Positions 39,080 through 52,830 of a stretch of DNA of 64,000 nt are shown one piece after another. The notes below the pieces were generated by a model. That model saw only the letters and a program-made list of their open reading frames with translations. It did no database searches and had not been told where the DNA came from. This DNA is from Eledone cirrhosa (lineage: Eukaryota): NCBI GenBank assembly GCA_964016885.1, contig OZ024745.1:115382001-115446000 (forward strand), given 5' to 3'. Both the position numbers and the translations under genes were made by a program. Position 1 is the first letter of the stretch. Every line of letters starts with the position of its first letter.

Positions 39080-41700
39080 GTTTCTACTTTTGGCACATCA
39101 TTGTACAGTGTTTTGGCCACTACATCATGCCTCATAGGTAGATAGTACCGCGATGACATCTTTGGACAGCTGCTTATGACATGAGTGATATCTTCGTTAT
39201 TAATTCTTCAGAGTCTGCACTTGTTATCACATCTAGGTGTTTTTCCTGCATCCCTATCTCTTTTGTGAATCAGGTATTTCGTGTTAATTTCCTGTTCTTG
39301 GATTGCAAAAGCGTATCCTTCAAAGTGGGAGCCAATATAGCGGTTGTTGGTCCAAGATAGACTACTTTCCTTATCTATATTACTCTCACTCTGGAGCTTC
39401 CTGGCAACATATCCATGCATGAGTTTTTGCTGATAGGCATGCAGTTTTTCTTAATCGGGTGTAGTATTCCCTGGTTACGCGTTCCTTATTACAGATACCA
39501 TTATATGATTTCTGAGTTCAAATCCCGCCGAGGTTAACTTTGCCTTTCATCCTTACGGGGTCGATAAAATAAAGTACCAGTAATACACTGGGTAATTGCT
39601 GGCCTTGTGCCTAACGTAGAAACAATTATATGATATGTTCTCATCTATCCCCAGGTATCTGTAGCAGGCCTCTGCGATATTTTATTTTATCAGTGAAAAT
39701 AGAGTCCTCCTTCTCTGTCTTTAACCTTAGGATAGTAGCCCAAGAAGACAGCTTCTCTATGGCTCTGATAATAATTGTTTCTACTTTTAGCACAAGGCCA
39801 CCAATTATTCCAGTGTATTACTGGTACTTTATTTTATCGACCCCGTAAGGATGAAAGGCAAAGTTAACCTCAACAGGAGTTGAACTCAGACCGTAAAGGA
39901 ACGTAACTATGCTAGAAGGTATGCGTCCAACTCTCTACCGATACTGAATGTCTGAGACTTTAGCAAGTTGGAGGGCTTCTATCATCCAAGATTGGGGAAC
40001 AGAATCGAAAGCATTCCTGTAGTCCAGCAAGACTGTAGCCATATTCCTCCTAAGTTGTCGCACCTCCGACATCGCAGTTTTGTTGATTAGGAGTTGCTCA
40101 GCACTATCCCCAAACCCCTCTCTTTCCAGCTGCTTGTTCATCTCTGATGATGTTATTATTTTCACAGTGATCCTAGAGGGCAGGCTGTATATATCTTATA
40201 CATCAGGTTCTGGTATGCAATGGATCGGTAGTTTTTTGCCAAGTGGGTGTCTTTGTTCTTAGGGACCAGTAATATTTGTGCTAATGTCAACCATTCTGAT
40301 ATAAGTCTATCTCCCTTAAGAACTTGTTGGTAGAGGTCAGTAAGATACCTCCAATAGAATATCAGTTTTTTGTACCAGTAGCCGACAATCATGTCTCTTC
40401 CTGGTGTTTTCTTATCTTGGAGTTTTTCTATCAGTCTCAAGGGTACCCTCACTTATTTCGTATGTTTTTGTTGTAGTGTAGGAACAATAGTTCTTTTGGA
40501 TTTCTTTTAGCTACACTGCATCTTGGTGGGAATTCTTCTTTTCACCCCATATTTTCTCCAAAAGGAATCTGTCTTTCTGGGATGGGGCCTCAGTGACATT
40601 TACTATTTTGCCGTTCATATCTCTATAGACTGATGTTTGGTTTCGTCTGAATCTTGTTTGAGGGTGATCAGCTTATATTGAAGAGTTCTGGTTCTATTGT
40701 TACCAAACATCATCTCTATTTAATTTTCACTCTTTGGAGTGAGGTTTTTTTGTGTTTGTCACATATCCTATGGTTTTTCGTAGGTCAGCAATCTGATTTT
40801 CTATTTTAGTTATATATGATGGTATTTTTGGTGGTGTTTTGTTCTTGTTAATATCTCTGCTATCACCAAGATAATGCTTCACTGTCGTAGCTAAGGCATA
40901 TAAACAGGCGTTGATTTGCCAAACTGTTGGGGTTTTTATCCGTCGTAAATATTCATCCCCTATTTCGTCAATAACACGTAATATTTCATTATTTGTTTTT
41001 TTTATTAACATTGTCGTTTTAATACGTTCAGCAAGAGAGATATTTATACATGAATTAATTTCTCTCTTGAAGATTATTTCGTTGAGGGAAATTTTCAATT
41101 GTTTATACTTTTGATTATTATTATTATTTCTTCGGTTATTATTATTATCGATAGTGTTTTCCCCAGCAATCGAAGTAGACTTAGATGGTACAGGTGGTGT
41201 CAAATTTGTTACAGGCATAGTTGTTTCAAGGCACTGTTCGACCTGGCTGCTAGGAAGTCTAGTAGCATGGCGACCTGTAGCACATGTTGTTGATCCCATG
41301 TTTGTTGTGGGGGACTTACAATTAATAATATTTATCTTATTTTTACGTTCAACAAACGTCGCTTGTTGGCGTAATTGTTTCGCTGTGAAGTGTCTATTTA
41401 TATATGTACAGCATAGTATCTGTATACATTAAAACTATATATGTATGCATAAACAGTGTAGCTTCATTCTGTTCATATAGCCAATGGAGGGATTGTTTTT
41501 TGCAATTTTATAACAATTAAATAAATCATCATTAAGTTCGCAACTCCAAGAGAAATGCGATTTATAATTTCGGTCTCTTCTGTAGCTACCACTGTATGAA
41601 TTTTGTTTACCTTTCTCGCTGTTTTTCTTCGGTACTTCCTTAATGTTGTTGTTGATGTTGTGTTCAGCCATGCTGTTTGTAGCATATCCTTGTAAAATGA
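39080..41700 (-). mobile_element. Dong/R4-type LINE, heavily disrupted
   Basis: N-terminus YMNRMK...FTAKQLRQQA; PGRDMIVGYWYK; NYRSIAYQNLMYK; RT DYRNAFDSVPQSW; zinc finger CRL...HVISSC...RHD. A same-family fragment lies at ~50850-51065 (+). Confidence 0.9.
39510..39945. mobile_element. Two main-family SINEs in inverted (tail-to-tail) orientation
   Basis: 39510-39628 (+, 5' truncated) and 39772-39945 (-). Confidence 0.88.
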
Positions 41701-41973
41701 ATTATGTATTTAGTCGAATATCTCTACGAATTCGAATGAAAGGTGTCTTTAGTAGATATAGTTAGAAGAATAACCAGTTATTCAACATGACTGGTAGTTG
41801 TGGCATTACTGTCGGAGATAGTATTCATCTTAAATTTAATAAATAGTCTCCCACGCCAAAATATGCGACTGATCGCGTTGACTGACTTGTATGTATGTAT
41901 GTATGTATGTATGTATGTATGTATGTATGTATGTATGTATGTATGTATGTATGTATGTATGTATGCATGTATG

Positions 41974-42047
<74 letters not shown>

Positions 42048-43390
42048 TGTGTGTGTGTGTGTGTGTGTAATTATATACTACTAGGTAAGCTCGCACATAT
42101 TTCCTTTATATCGTGCATCAGCAACTGATCCTTTTCAATATAGTCTTTAATTTATTTGAAGATCTTCTCATGACTTTTGGTGAAAATGCTCCACTAAGAC
42201 TAATGTCCACTTTGAAGAAAACCTGCATTATTTTATCGAGTATGTATGCACCTCGGAAGTTAATTTTATTTTGAATGACGTGAAGCAGCTCAAAATATAG
42301 TTTTATTTGATTTGATATGGAAGTGTCAATTTTGAAGCTGACTCCTTAACCAGACAACTATCCAGTGTCTATATTTATATATGTACAGCATAGTATCTGT
42401 ATATATTAAAACTATATATGTATGCATAAACATGTCGAAATTCCCATAATTAAACAACATAAGTTGCTGGATATTTAAGACAACGGCTCCTTCGAGAGTA
42501 TTTATCATCCTAGGAACTAATAACAGATGCTATCACTACAAAGTATCTTACAGCTCATAGAGCTGACGAAGTAGTCGAAAATATTGATTTATTTAACATT
42601 GCCTGACAACAATCATGCGTCCATTCTCTCTATATCTGTCTCTCATTCTCTGTCTATTTCTGTTTCACTATTTCCCTTTCAATAATGTAAATAAGAATGC
42701 ACAGATCATGATCTGTCCTTGCTATTAGGCTACCTCTAATGACGTCAAAGCGATAGCTGATGTCAAAATGCTTAGCAACGTTAAGCTGCAGTATAAACTG
42801 CAACTATATTCCAGTGAAGAATCATAGAACTTTGTATTTAATATTTTGCTTTTGTTTGGCAGTCTTGTTGTTATCACTCATCTTCTTCTTGTTGTTGTAT
42901 CATGTTACTACTAATGGTGTTTCCGACATCGTCGCCATAGTCTTTTTCCTTCGTTTCCCTCTTCGTTTCCTTGATGAGAACATAAATGGAGAAAAAAACG
43001 AAAAACAAAACAAACAACAAAAACGAAATGAAGAGTTAAAACTTCAAAATAAAACTATGTAAATGACACTAGAAACAGAGCTGACTCAATCTATGAGCGC
43101 TACAGGTTCAGGGGCCCCGTGCGTAATGTGTGCAGTAATTCTGTATATGCTGTAATACTATACACTCGTCGTCCGAACCAACGGAGGCCCAAGACACTTC
43201 TGTTACTTTAGTACTAATGTCTTCAACTTTACTTGACGATTGGGTGTTATGAGGTCGAATACTCTGAATATTTGCAGAGTTAATTCTCTTTGAATAAAGT
43301 AAATTGGAAGAAATAAAATTGAATGCCGGCGTTAAATGGCAGACTTACATAAGTTGTGGATGCTACTTACAAAATTGTATTCGTTTTCTT

Positions 43391-43630
43391 GGGCGGTGGA
43401 TTGGCAGTATCGGAAGAGGGTCGCAGCATAGAGTTACGCCCCTTTACGGTCTGAGTTCAAATCCTGCCGAGGTTAAGTTTGCCTTTCATCCTTACGGGAT
43501 CGATAAAATAAAGTACCAGTAATACACTGGGATAATTGCTGGCCTTGTGCCAAAAGTAGAAACAATTATCATTAACAGGGGTCGATAAAATAAAGTACCA
43601 GTAATGCACTGGGTAATTGCTGGCCTTGTG
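43391..43630 (+). mobile_element. Main-family SINE with tandemly duplicated 3' part
   Basis: TCGATAAAATAAAGTACCAGT...TAGAAACAATTAT occurs twice in tandem. Confidence 0.9.
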
Positions 43631-44246
43631 CCAAAAGTAGAAACAATTATTACTAATATATGACTGACGCCATAATATTAACAAACCATATTAAATCAAA
43701 TTAGAATTTTTATTCTAATCTTATTTCCTGTGTTAAACCACAAAACTAAATCTCCCTTACTAACCTGTATCTGTCACGGTTTTGGTCTTCGTCAATAACA
43801 ATGGCAGATTTGATGGGTATTCTAAACGTAATTTTGTATACTGAATCTAAATATAAATCAGATTTACAATTCCTTCCTTTGTCGGAGAAAATCCTGATAA
43901 TTCTGTTTATTTTGTGAGGGCAGCAGACATGGAGAAGTTGGAAGTGACATAGGAATCAAATTATCTCCTTTAGTATGTCTTGATATTTTCATTGTATTAA
44001 TTACAATATGCTGTCTGCGTGTGTACGGTTATTTTTTCCCCGTAGAAATGTTACGATAACCTTTCATATTCATTTCATAAATAACATATATAACAAATAC
44101 TTTCATCTCTGTTTTAAATTTCTTTTCTTAAATTCATAAACAATATAATATAAGCTGTGTCATCTACACTATATGACTTCAAATCGTGCCTTGAGTCAAA
44201 TTTAACTTACAGCCATCATGTATGTACACTGTAAAGAAAGGAGTGA

Positions 44247-44378
44247 ATCTTGCAAGTCAAAGCTGGCACCCAGTGATGGTCCAGCCTCAAAACCATGTGA
44301 GTCAAAGTTGGCACCCAGTTATGGTTCAGTCTCAAAATCTTGCGAGTCAAAGCTGGCACCCAGTCATGGTCCAGTCTC
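44247..44378. repeat. 45-bp minisatellite, 3 units
   Basis: GTCAAAG(C/T)TGGCACCCAGT recurs at 45-nt spacing. Confidence 0.9.
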
Positions 44379-44592
44379 GTTTCGTTTAAGACATTATGAT
44401 AATAGTAGTCATCTCTTATCTTTCAATTTGTTGTGTGTGGAAAATAGCGTCGTTGGATAAAAGATACACTCCATTGATTTCTTACTATTTTGCTTCTTGA
44501 ATTTGTAATTTTGTGTCAATATTAACCAAAAGGATCTCTTGTAAAGTTATAAATGTAAGGGGGATTTTACTGATGTTTTCCTCAAATTTAAA

Positions 44593-45030
44593 GGGCGGTG
44601 GATTGACAGTATCGGTAGAGGGTCGCAAGCCATACTTTGCATCATAGAGTTACGGCCCTTTACAATCTGAGCTCAAATCCTGTCGAGGTAAACTTTGCGT
44701 TTCATACTTACGGGGTCGATAAAATAAAGTACCAGTAATGCACTGAGGTAATTGCTGGCATTGTGCCAAAAATAGAAACAATTGTTTTAAACGCGATTAT
44801 AGTTCTTCAGATAATTAACCTTATGATTAGAGGTGAAATAATATTAATTGTTTCTACTTTTGGCACAAGACCAGCAATCATTCCAGTGTATTACTGGTAC
44901 TTTATTTTATCGACCCCGTAAGGATGAAAGGCAAAGTTAACCTCGGCGGGATTTGAACTCAGACCACAAAGGGCCGTAACTCTATGCTGCAAAGCATGGT
45001 GTCTGACCATCTACCGATACTCCCAATCCA
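44593..45030. mobile_element. Two near full-length main-family SINEs in inverted (tail-to-tail) orientation
   Basis: 44593-44782 (+) and 44846-45030 (-), separated by ~63 bp. Confidence 0.92.
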
Positions 45031-45733
45031 AATATTAATATTTACATCTAAGATATGTCTCAATGACTTTGATTTCCAATGGCCGTCATACATCTTTTTC
45101 CTGTATCTGTACATTGTAATGGATGGATACAAAATAAGATCCTTTCAAATGAAAATTGTAGTAATATTCATATTCTCTGCGCATCTATTTTAAATTTCTA
45201 TGTTACTTATATTTGCCTGACGTTAATGGTATTAAGCTAATGGCTGTATTAGGCTTACTAACTTGGTTTCAGCCAGCTCTACATGTATTGCTTCTTTTTT
45301 TAATCTTTCCTGACTTAAATGCTTCTCTTATTAAAATGTTCAATGTTCTCTATTCTGATCTTTAGGGTTCTGGGTGTTTTTCCTTATGCAAATGGTCTTT
45401 TAGATGCAGTTCTCTAGACACTCCGCTGCACTCTTTTTTTTATGTAGCTTATTTTTTTCAATAAACTAATACATCAAATTATTTTTGCTCAAGACTTTTA
45501 GAAATTTCCAGTTTTAAAATGATTTCCGTCTTTTTCTTTTCCAGTCTTATTTTCTTCGTCTTATATTGTAATTTCTCTTCAATTAATCATTATTTAAATT
45601 TTCTTCTTCTTCTTCTTCTTCTTCTTCTTCTTCTTCTTCTTCTTCTTCTTCTTCTTCTTCTTCTTTCCTTCACATTTGTCTTTTTCTTCGTCCATTTCAA
45701 TCTTTCTTTTACTTTTTCTTTGTTGTTGTCGTT

Positions 45734-45790
<57 letters not shown>

Positions 45791-46119
45791 CCTTCTCCTC
45801 CTTTTTCACCTTCCTAACACCACAACTCCCCACTTCTCACTGCTATACTACAACTGATAACTTCCATTATGTTTATCTTTAGCAAAACACAAAACAACTT
45901 TTAAGTGTTAAAATTTTAATTGAATCAAAAACAACAGCAACAACAGCAACAATAGCAACAGTAACAACAACAACAAAACATAGAGGAAAACAAACATCTC
46001 CTCCTCCTCCTCCTCCTGTCCTACCAAAGGACCACTGACCAAACATTTCTAGAAGCAGCATTGAAAGAAACAAAATGTTTAATCATGCTACATAATTTCT
46101 TAATTAAATTTCCTTCTAG

Positions 46120-46257
46120 GGTGCATTCGACCGGATCTTTACCCCCGTAAAGAAACTATCTTACAGCAATCTTCTCAACAGAAGAATTATGGTCGACTTC
46201 ACTTGCGTCTCAAGTATGACTTTAGGACCTCTGACCTTGTTGCACACCTGATTGAAG
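46120..46257 (+). CDS. Sytbeta: Synaptotagmin exon 3 (linker end and C2A strands 1-2); not in the ORF track
   Basis: TTTCCTTCTAG| ... G|GTAACG; 138 nt, phase 1 to phase 1; (G)CIRPDLYPRKETILQQSSQQKNYGRLHLRLKYDFRTSDLVAHLIE. Confidence 0.93.
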
Positions 46258-46910
46258 GTAACGATCTTTTCGCATTGTTTTTTTCGTTATTTATTTTCAG
46301 TATAATTTTCCGCCCAAACATTGGCGGATAAGAGTATGTGTAGGAAGCTGATAAATAACTTGCGGCATTTAATTCAGTTACTTTCAGTTGTATTCCGGGT
46401 TTCTAATCCACTTACGAACGTCTTTGCGCCTCATTCTTCCTAGGTCTATAAAATAATTGATTGCAGTGGGGAGCGAAGATTTCAGCGTTTGGAAAATATG
46501 TCTTAGAGTGACAAAGGGAGAAAAAAAATGTGCTTTGTCGCTTTGGTTGTGGGCAATCAGTCACTTTGTATTTTGTATTTTCCCCCCGAGAAATCTGTTT
46601 CATATCGTGTTATCGTATTTGTAAATATGTGCTGCCAGATAAGAGCACATCGCTAATCTAAGCATCTGTAGCACCATAAAAGCTGTTTTCTTAGCTTGTT
46701 ATACTATGAAGATCTTGGCTGGAAGAATCGTTACTGCCCCCCAATCTTACAGTATTTATTCCTTCTCTCTGCTGTTATTTAAGTTTTCATTACAAGGTTT
46801 ATAAATTGTAGGTATATCCAAATTGAGTTTATCTATGAGAAAAGTGAATGAGAGAACAATAAAATACAATGATGATATATATTAGTTTAACGCATGATAT
46901 AGGAGAAAAA

Positions 46911-46952
46911 GAGTCTTAACGTTTCGGATGTTAGTCCATCATCAGAGAATAG
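46911..46952 (-). ncRNA. Minimal hammerhead ribozyme core (PLE type)
   Basis: CTGATGA-TGGACTAACATCC-GAAACGTT: stem II GGA/TCC and palindromic AACGTT in place of stem III. Stem I is imperfect. Confidence 0.65.
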
Positions 46953-48666
46953 AATGAGAGAATTAAAAAATAAAAACAGGAAAATTTGTCAGGAAAATAA
47001 AAACCTGTGTACTTAGTCAGCCACTTTGGAAAATTGGATGTCATAACGAGACTAGTGTATTAAGGAAGGGAGATAAGCATAGAAGAGTCAGAATATGTGT
47101 TTGTGAGTGTGTGTGTGTGGGGGGGGGGGGGGGGGGGGCTTGTGCTACGCTGTGTGGGTATGAAGGTCACGATGTGCATTAAACGATGACATGGTTTAAG
47201 AGATATTGTATGTATATTGTGGTCTACGTGCGAGTGTGTGCGCATACAGGAGCTGACGAGTGTAGGCAGTACCAGAAGCTCTTAAATGTGTGTGTAAGCA
47301 TATAAGTATGTGTATGCGTATCTATACACACACGCACACACACACACACGCATGTGAGCACATGTGAGCACGGTCAACCTAATATACGTACACATCCAAG
47401 CACACACACAGGTCGAGATTATTCTTTGGTGGTACAGAGGGAGAAGGATAGTAGTACATGCATGCAAGTCACCATTTCCCATGTCAAGGCTATAGTCTAA
47501 AGAGCGGTGATATCACAAGGCAACCACGTACGGTGTTGCGACGTCATAACCGCCAATCACTGAACTTCAAATGACGTTGGTCGTTGTGGACGGTGAAGAA
47601 CCGCAATATATGCTGCGTAACATTCGAATCCGACGCCAAGACGGTCCCAAAAGTCTCATGGAAATACATCGCCACACGTAGGCGGTATACGATCACGTCC
47701 ACACACAAATAAGCGCAGTCATGTGATGTGTATAAGTGTTATTTGTGTATAAATACGCGGGATTTTTATGGTAATGCATATGGTAGCCGCACACAAGCGC
47801 AGGTATAAATATACATATATACATGCATATGCACGTGCAAATACGCACACAGATATTTCTCCGGTGCTCTACCGATGCAGCATTATTTTTTCTCTGTTGA
47901 TCCGTAGTGATCATGAGCAATATACTTGACTCTCACTCTCTCACCCTATGTACATAGATACCATGACATATGTATGAATCACTATATTTAACTCGTACTT
48001 CAATATCGTGTAGCTCTTCGTTCAAGTTCTGAACAAGTGCAACAAAAAACTACAAACGTGTGCTTTCCTCGCGAAATATCTCTTGTGACATTTTCAATAG
48101 TATAAAGTGGTTATGAAGGAGGACGTGTCGATGAGATAAATCAAAGCTGTATCCACACCCTAGTAGGCTTTTGTGAGATATCTATGACAGTAGTAAATGA
48201 ATAGAGATTAAATGAAGAATCAACTGATGAAAAGTATTTCACGTAAAACCCTCAAAAATGTCAACCATATTCATGTCTTGAGTGTCAATAATGTCTGTAT
48301 TGATTTGCAATTAATCATAGCTTCTAAAATTGCCCTATCTCCCGATTAAACAAATTTTGTCAAGAGAGTTTATAACGAAACATATTGTCTTTGAACGTGT
48401 GTAATTTTATTTCATTTCTAATGATTTAAAGGTGATGTCCAATGATAGGGATTAATGATGGGCTAACGAACTGAATCAGGGTTAATGACTAAGTAAAGAT
48501 GTGTTATTCGTATTGCATTCGAAGTGATGATCTAGGAAACTAGATAATTTAAAATATCCAAGCTTTAACAGCAAATTAAAGTAAGAATCATGTATAACAC
48601 CTTATAAGGAATCTCAACGAGAATATTTACGAGTAGAAAATCAACTCTGTTTCTATTAATTAGTGA

Positions 48667-48870
48667 GGGCGGTGGATTGGCAGTATCGGTAGATGGTCGG
48701 ACGCCATGATTGTAGCATAGAGTTACGGTCCTTTACGGTCTGAGTTCAAATCCCGCCGAGGTTAACTTTGTCTTTCATCCTTACGAGGTCGATAAATAAA
48801 GCACCAGTAATGTACTGGGGTCGATTTAATCGATTTTCCCCTCCCCCCAAATTACTATACTAGAAATCAT
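48667..48870 (+). mobile_element. tRNA-derived SINE, main family variant
   Basis: Full head and core; ATTAATTAGTGAGG duplicated at the flanks. Confidence 0.9.
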
Positions 48871-51066
48871 TAATTAGTGAGGAGAAGAGGGAAGAGGAAG
48901 ACGTACTGATAATCTTTGTTTATGGTTTCATTTTGTTGAGATTTATGTAGTTGATGATCAGTTTGAATTTTTTACATGAATACATGTAAACATAAACGAG
49001 TTAGGGACATAATTCCGAAAGGCTGCAGTTCTGCTGATGAATACTTTGGTATAAAACGGATGAAAAAATTGTACAAACTGCAGATGAGTTGAGGCGTGAC
49101 TGTTAATGATTTAGTTGTTTTAGATACATATCTCACTTTCTTTTCCTGTAACTTGTGAGGGAATCGTAGGGGCACCGTATTGTCGTAGGGGCACCGCATT
49201 GACATTCGGCGTTATTGGGCATTTTATTTTTAAAACTGGCGGAGCCCACCTCCCCTCCATGACGGAATACAGAAGATTTCTTTCAGAGAAAGATAAAGAG
49301 AGTGAGAGAGTGAAAGTGAGAAAGAGATATAGAGGAAGAATGGACCCCAGTATTGAACTGGTACTTTTTATCGACCTTAAATGGATGAAAGACAAAGTTG
49401 ACCTCGGCGGGATTTGAACTCAGAAAGTAGAGAGCCGAAACGAATGAGGCAAAATATTTTATTTGACAATCTAATGACTGCCAATTCACCGGCTTTCATA
49501 CATATCAGCTCATTACATCATTGAGAGTGGTGCACTGGTTAGGGATGAGATCTGAACATAGGAAATTTATTTAAGAAGACCACTGTAGACCTGGTAACAC
49601 TATACAGTGTATCTGTCCAGGAAATGTTTTTTGAAAAATGTTTCATGAAAGTTTTCTACCCCCGGATCGGACATCATTTTTAGAGTAGTATAGCCTAGAA
49701 TCAGTATTACACACTGACATTTAGAGATGACATAAGGGAGGAGTGAGTAACTAGTACAGGAATACGTATGTTGAGTAGTGCCAAGGTCTCCAGAAAATAG
49801 TATAACATTTTGGCAACTGCATATAATTAAGAGTGGTAAATTTTTATTTAAGGTCGATAAAAAAGTACCAGTCTAGTACTGGGGTCGATTATTTCTCTAT
49901 ACCTATTTCTCACTTCCTTTCTCTCACTCTATCCTCTCTGGAAGTGTGAGTGTTTTGAGCAAAAGATATTTCAAATTTTCAATGCCCTGGGGACCGCATT
50001 AGGCGCCAGTTAGCGATCTCTCTCTCTTTCTTAGTCTGTCTTTTTAGATAGATACATAGCTATAACGTCGGGCCTTTATAATATATGTCTGTATATCTGG
50101 CTGTCTGCATTACGACATTATGAAAACGTTGACTTCGCTATCCGTGTGTGTGTATATATGTATATATATAGTGTGTATATATATATCTATATATATATAG
50201 TGTGTAACGTTTTTCGAAATATTTACTTCTGCGTTCACAGATTGATTTTTTTAGTTTCAGAAGATCCCGTTAAGGGTGAAAGCAGCGATTCTTCGTTATT
50301 TTAATATATATATATTAATGGAAAAATTGAAATTTCATTTCTCACTCTTACTACGGCTGATACTTAAATATAAGTATATATACGTACATACATATATGTA
50401 TACAGACGTACAGTAGTATGTATAAACATATATACATGCACACATATATATATATATGTACGTATGGGTTTACCGAACATTTATTATAATGCTCGGTTTG
50501 TTTGTAAACAAACAGCCCGAATTAAGCCGTACAGTGTTCGGCAACCATCGTTGCCCTTTTGTTCAACACTGACAAAGGAACGATGAACTAGTTTCTAGCT
50601 TATTAGCTGTCATCAGCACCCTATACCTTCCTGATAGTTGATTGAACGTTTGAAAGTATATACTTTCCTTAGGCATATTAAAAATTATTTGCCTATTCAC
50701 TCAAGGCGACTTCACTTTTTATTAGGATTTCTGTATCAATTGGTGAACATACGATGAAACTGTTTCAGAAAGGAGGGATAAACATGCCTATCTATGTTTA
50801 GAATCTCGAGCAACGCCGAGCCATTCTGCTAGTATATTATTAAAATAGGCTAGTTGACATTAACACAAACAATACTGGTCCCCAAGAACAAAGACACCCA
50901 CTTGGCACAAAACCTATCGACCCATTGCATGCTAGAACCTATTGTATAAAATGTATACAGCCTGTCTGAACCTATTTCTCCAAGATCACTGGGACAGTAA
51001 TAACTTCATCAGAGATCAGCAAGCAGCTGGGAAGAAATGTATTTGGGGTGTGTACTGAACAGCTCC

Positions 51067-51370
51067 TTATGACTTCGAATCTTTGGTGTTAAAAGCCTGT
51101 TGGATTTCTGAAGTGATGTTATTCCACCACTCACTTTGCATCCTGTGCAGTTCACGTTGCAGTGTTGCCTTGAAATCTTTGTAGGCTTTCCTGGCAGCTG
51201 GTTGTGCTACGGTATTCTGATTCATGAGCTTTTCATAGAGAGTGTGTTTGGTTTTTAGGAGTTGATTGATATTAGGATTGTTGTCATCAAACCAATGCTG
51301 ATGTTTCTTGGTTCTGAAGCCAAGTACCACAGCTTCAACAGAGTAAACCTGATCTCTAAAGTTTTCCCAG
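51067..51370 (-). mobile_element. RTE LINE internal fragment
   Basis: LGFRTKKHQHWFDDNN...QRELHRMQSEWW...IQQAFNTKDSK matches the RTE region between endonuclease and RT. Confidence 0.8.
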
Positions 51371-52274
51371 TTTCTTAGTGTTTTTAAGCCTGGCGGAGCC
51401 CAACCCTCTCTAGGTTTGAGTGCGGCAGATTTCTTCCATGGAAGGATAAAAAGTAAGAAAAAGGAAGTGAGAAAGAGATATAGAGGAAGAATTGACCCCA
51501 GTTCTAGACTGGTCCTTTTTTATCGACTTCGAAGGGGTGAAAGGCAAAGTTGACCTCGGAGGAATGTGAACTCAGAAAGCAGAGAGCCGGATCGAATACC
51601 ATACACCACTCTATCTGATCTCCTAACGACTCTGCCGTCTATTTGGGATATACTGATTAATAAATCAGGGGAAATATTTGGATGTATGTTTGCATGACAT
51701 CACCACATTCCCAGTGCTTTAACGTGGAGTTACACATGTGACTTCGAGCAGGTCAATAATTGATCAAAAATGAAAAACTTCCTGGCTTCGAAGAGAATCA
51801 AGATTTGTTAACGTTATATATGTGATGACATCATCTGAGATTGTGAGTTCTAGCATTTGTAATGACTTTAAAAGCTTTAGTTATATCTTTATGTGTAGAA
51901 AGGATGTAGTACAACTCTTTCTTCCATGTATGTAGTAATGGTCTCTTCGCATTGTTTGAGTGGTCACATATGTTAATTTATTTGTGTAATGTTGAAGCAA
52001 AAGAGGTATCTGATGCAATGCTTTTATCAACAGAAATGTTACTTACGGAACCTTCATCAATGAGGACTGGAGAGTAGGAGGTATCGGCTAAGTTAGGCAA
52101 GACCTGCTATGAAGTAGACCACAAATCTTAGCAACAATTTACGCAGAAGGAGAGATGAAATTAACAAAATATATTTAATGCAATTTGCAGAGTGATCAAC
52201 CGGCAAACGATGGCTATTTGTTTCAATTCCCATGCTAGATTCTGTGTTTATGTCTGTAATAAACCGTAGTGCCA

Positions 52275-52830
52275 ATTTCAATATATATACTATCAGAAAA
52301 AAACATTCTTCGGGTTGTTTTCTTCTGGCATGTGTAGTGTGCATATTGATAGTATACGTAAATATATATGCATGTAGATATGATATATCAAATAAAATCG
52401 TAATTGAGAATATGCACAGAAATGGAAGAGAGACTGTGTTACACTCTCTTCTGTAATCAGTAAAGTAATCCATGATAGATTAAAAAAAGACGATATTATA
52501 TAGAAACTGAATTAGGATAAAATTAGCGACGGAAATATAAACCTTATAAAACGATGCAAATATATGTACGTTTATATAGTCGATGTAATAGGTTTTATAA
52601 TATAACGGACGCTGATCGGAAGTGTTGACATTTGAAAATGTTAAAGAAGTGAATCTTAAAATACGCAATAAAATTATTTATATTTAATCAAGAGTTACGG
52701 AATTTAGTAGATAAATTATGTAATATTCATTCATTATTTATTCAAAGTAATCCAACTTATTTTACAAATAGAATTAAAAAAATATATTCAGAACCCAGTC
52801 CCGCACTCCTCCCTTTATTATATTATGATA
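52275..52830 (-). repeat. Third copy of the unclassified ~450-bp repeat
   Basis: Reverse complement of 6355-6795 and 12795-13270. Confidence 0.85.

Noticed and set aside
44247-44378. CRISPR-like array (also considered 13555-13780 and 20478-21240)
   Set aside because: These are head-to-tail repeats without unique spacers, in eukaryotic context with no cas genes.
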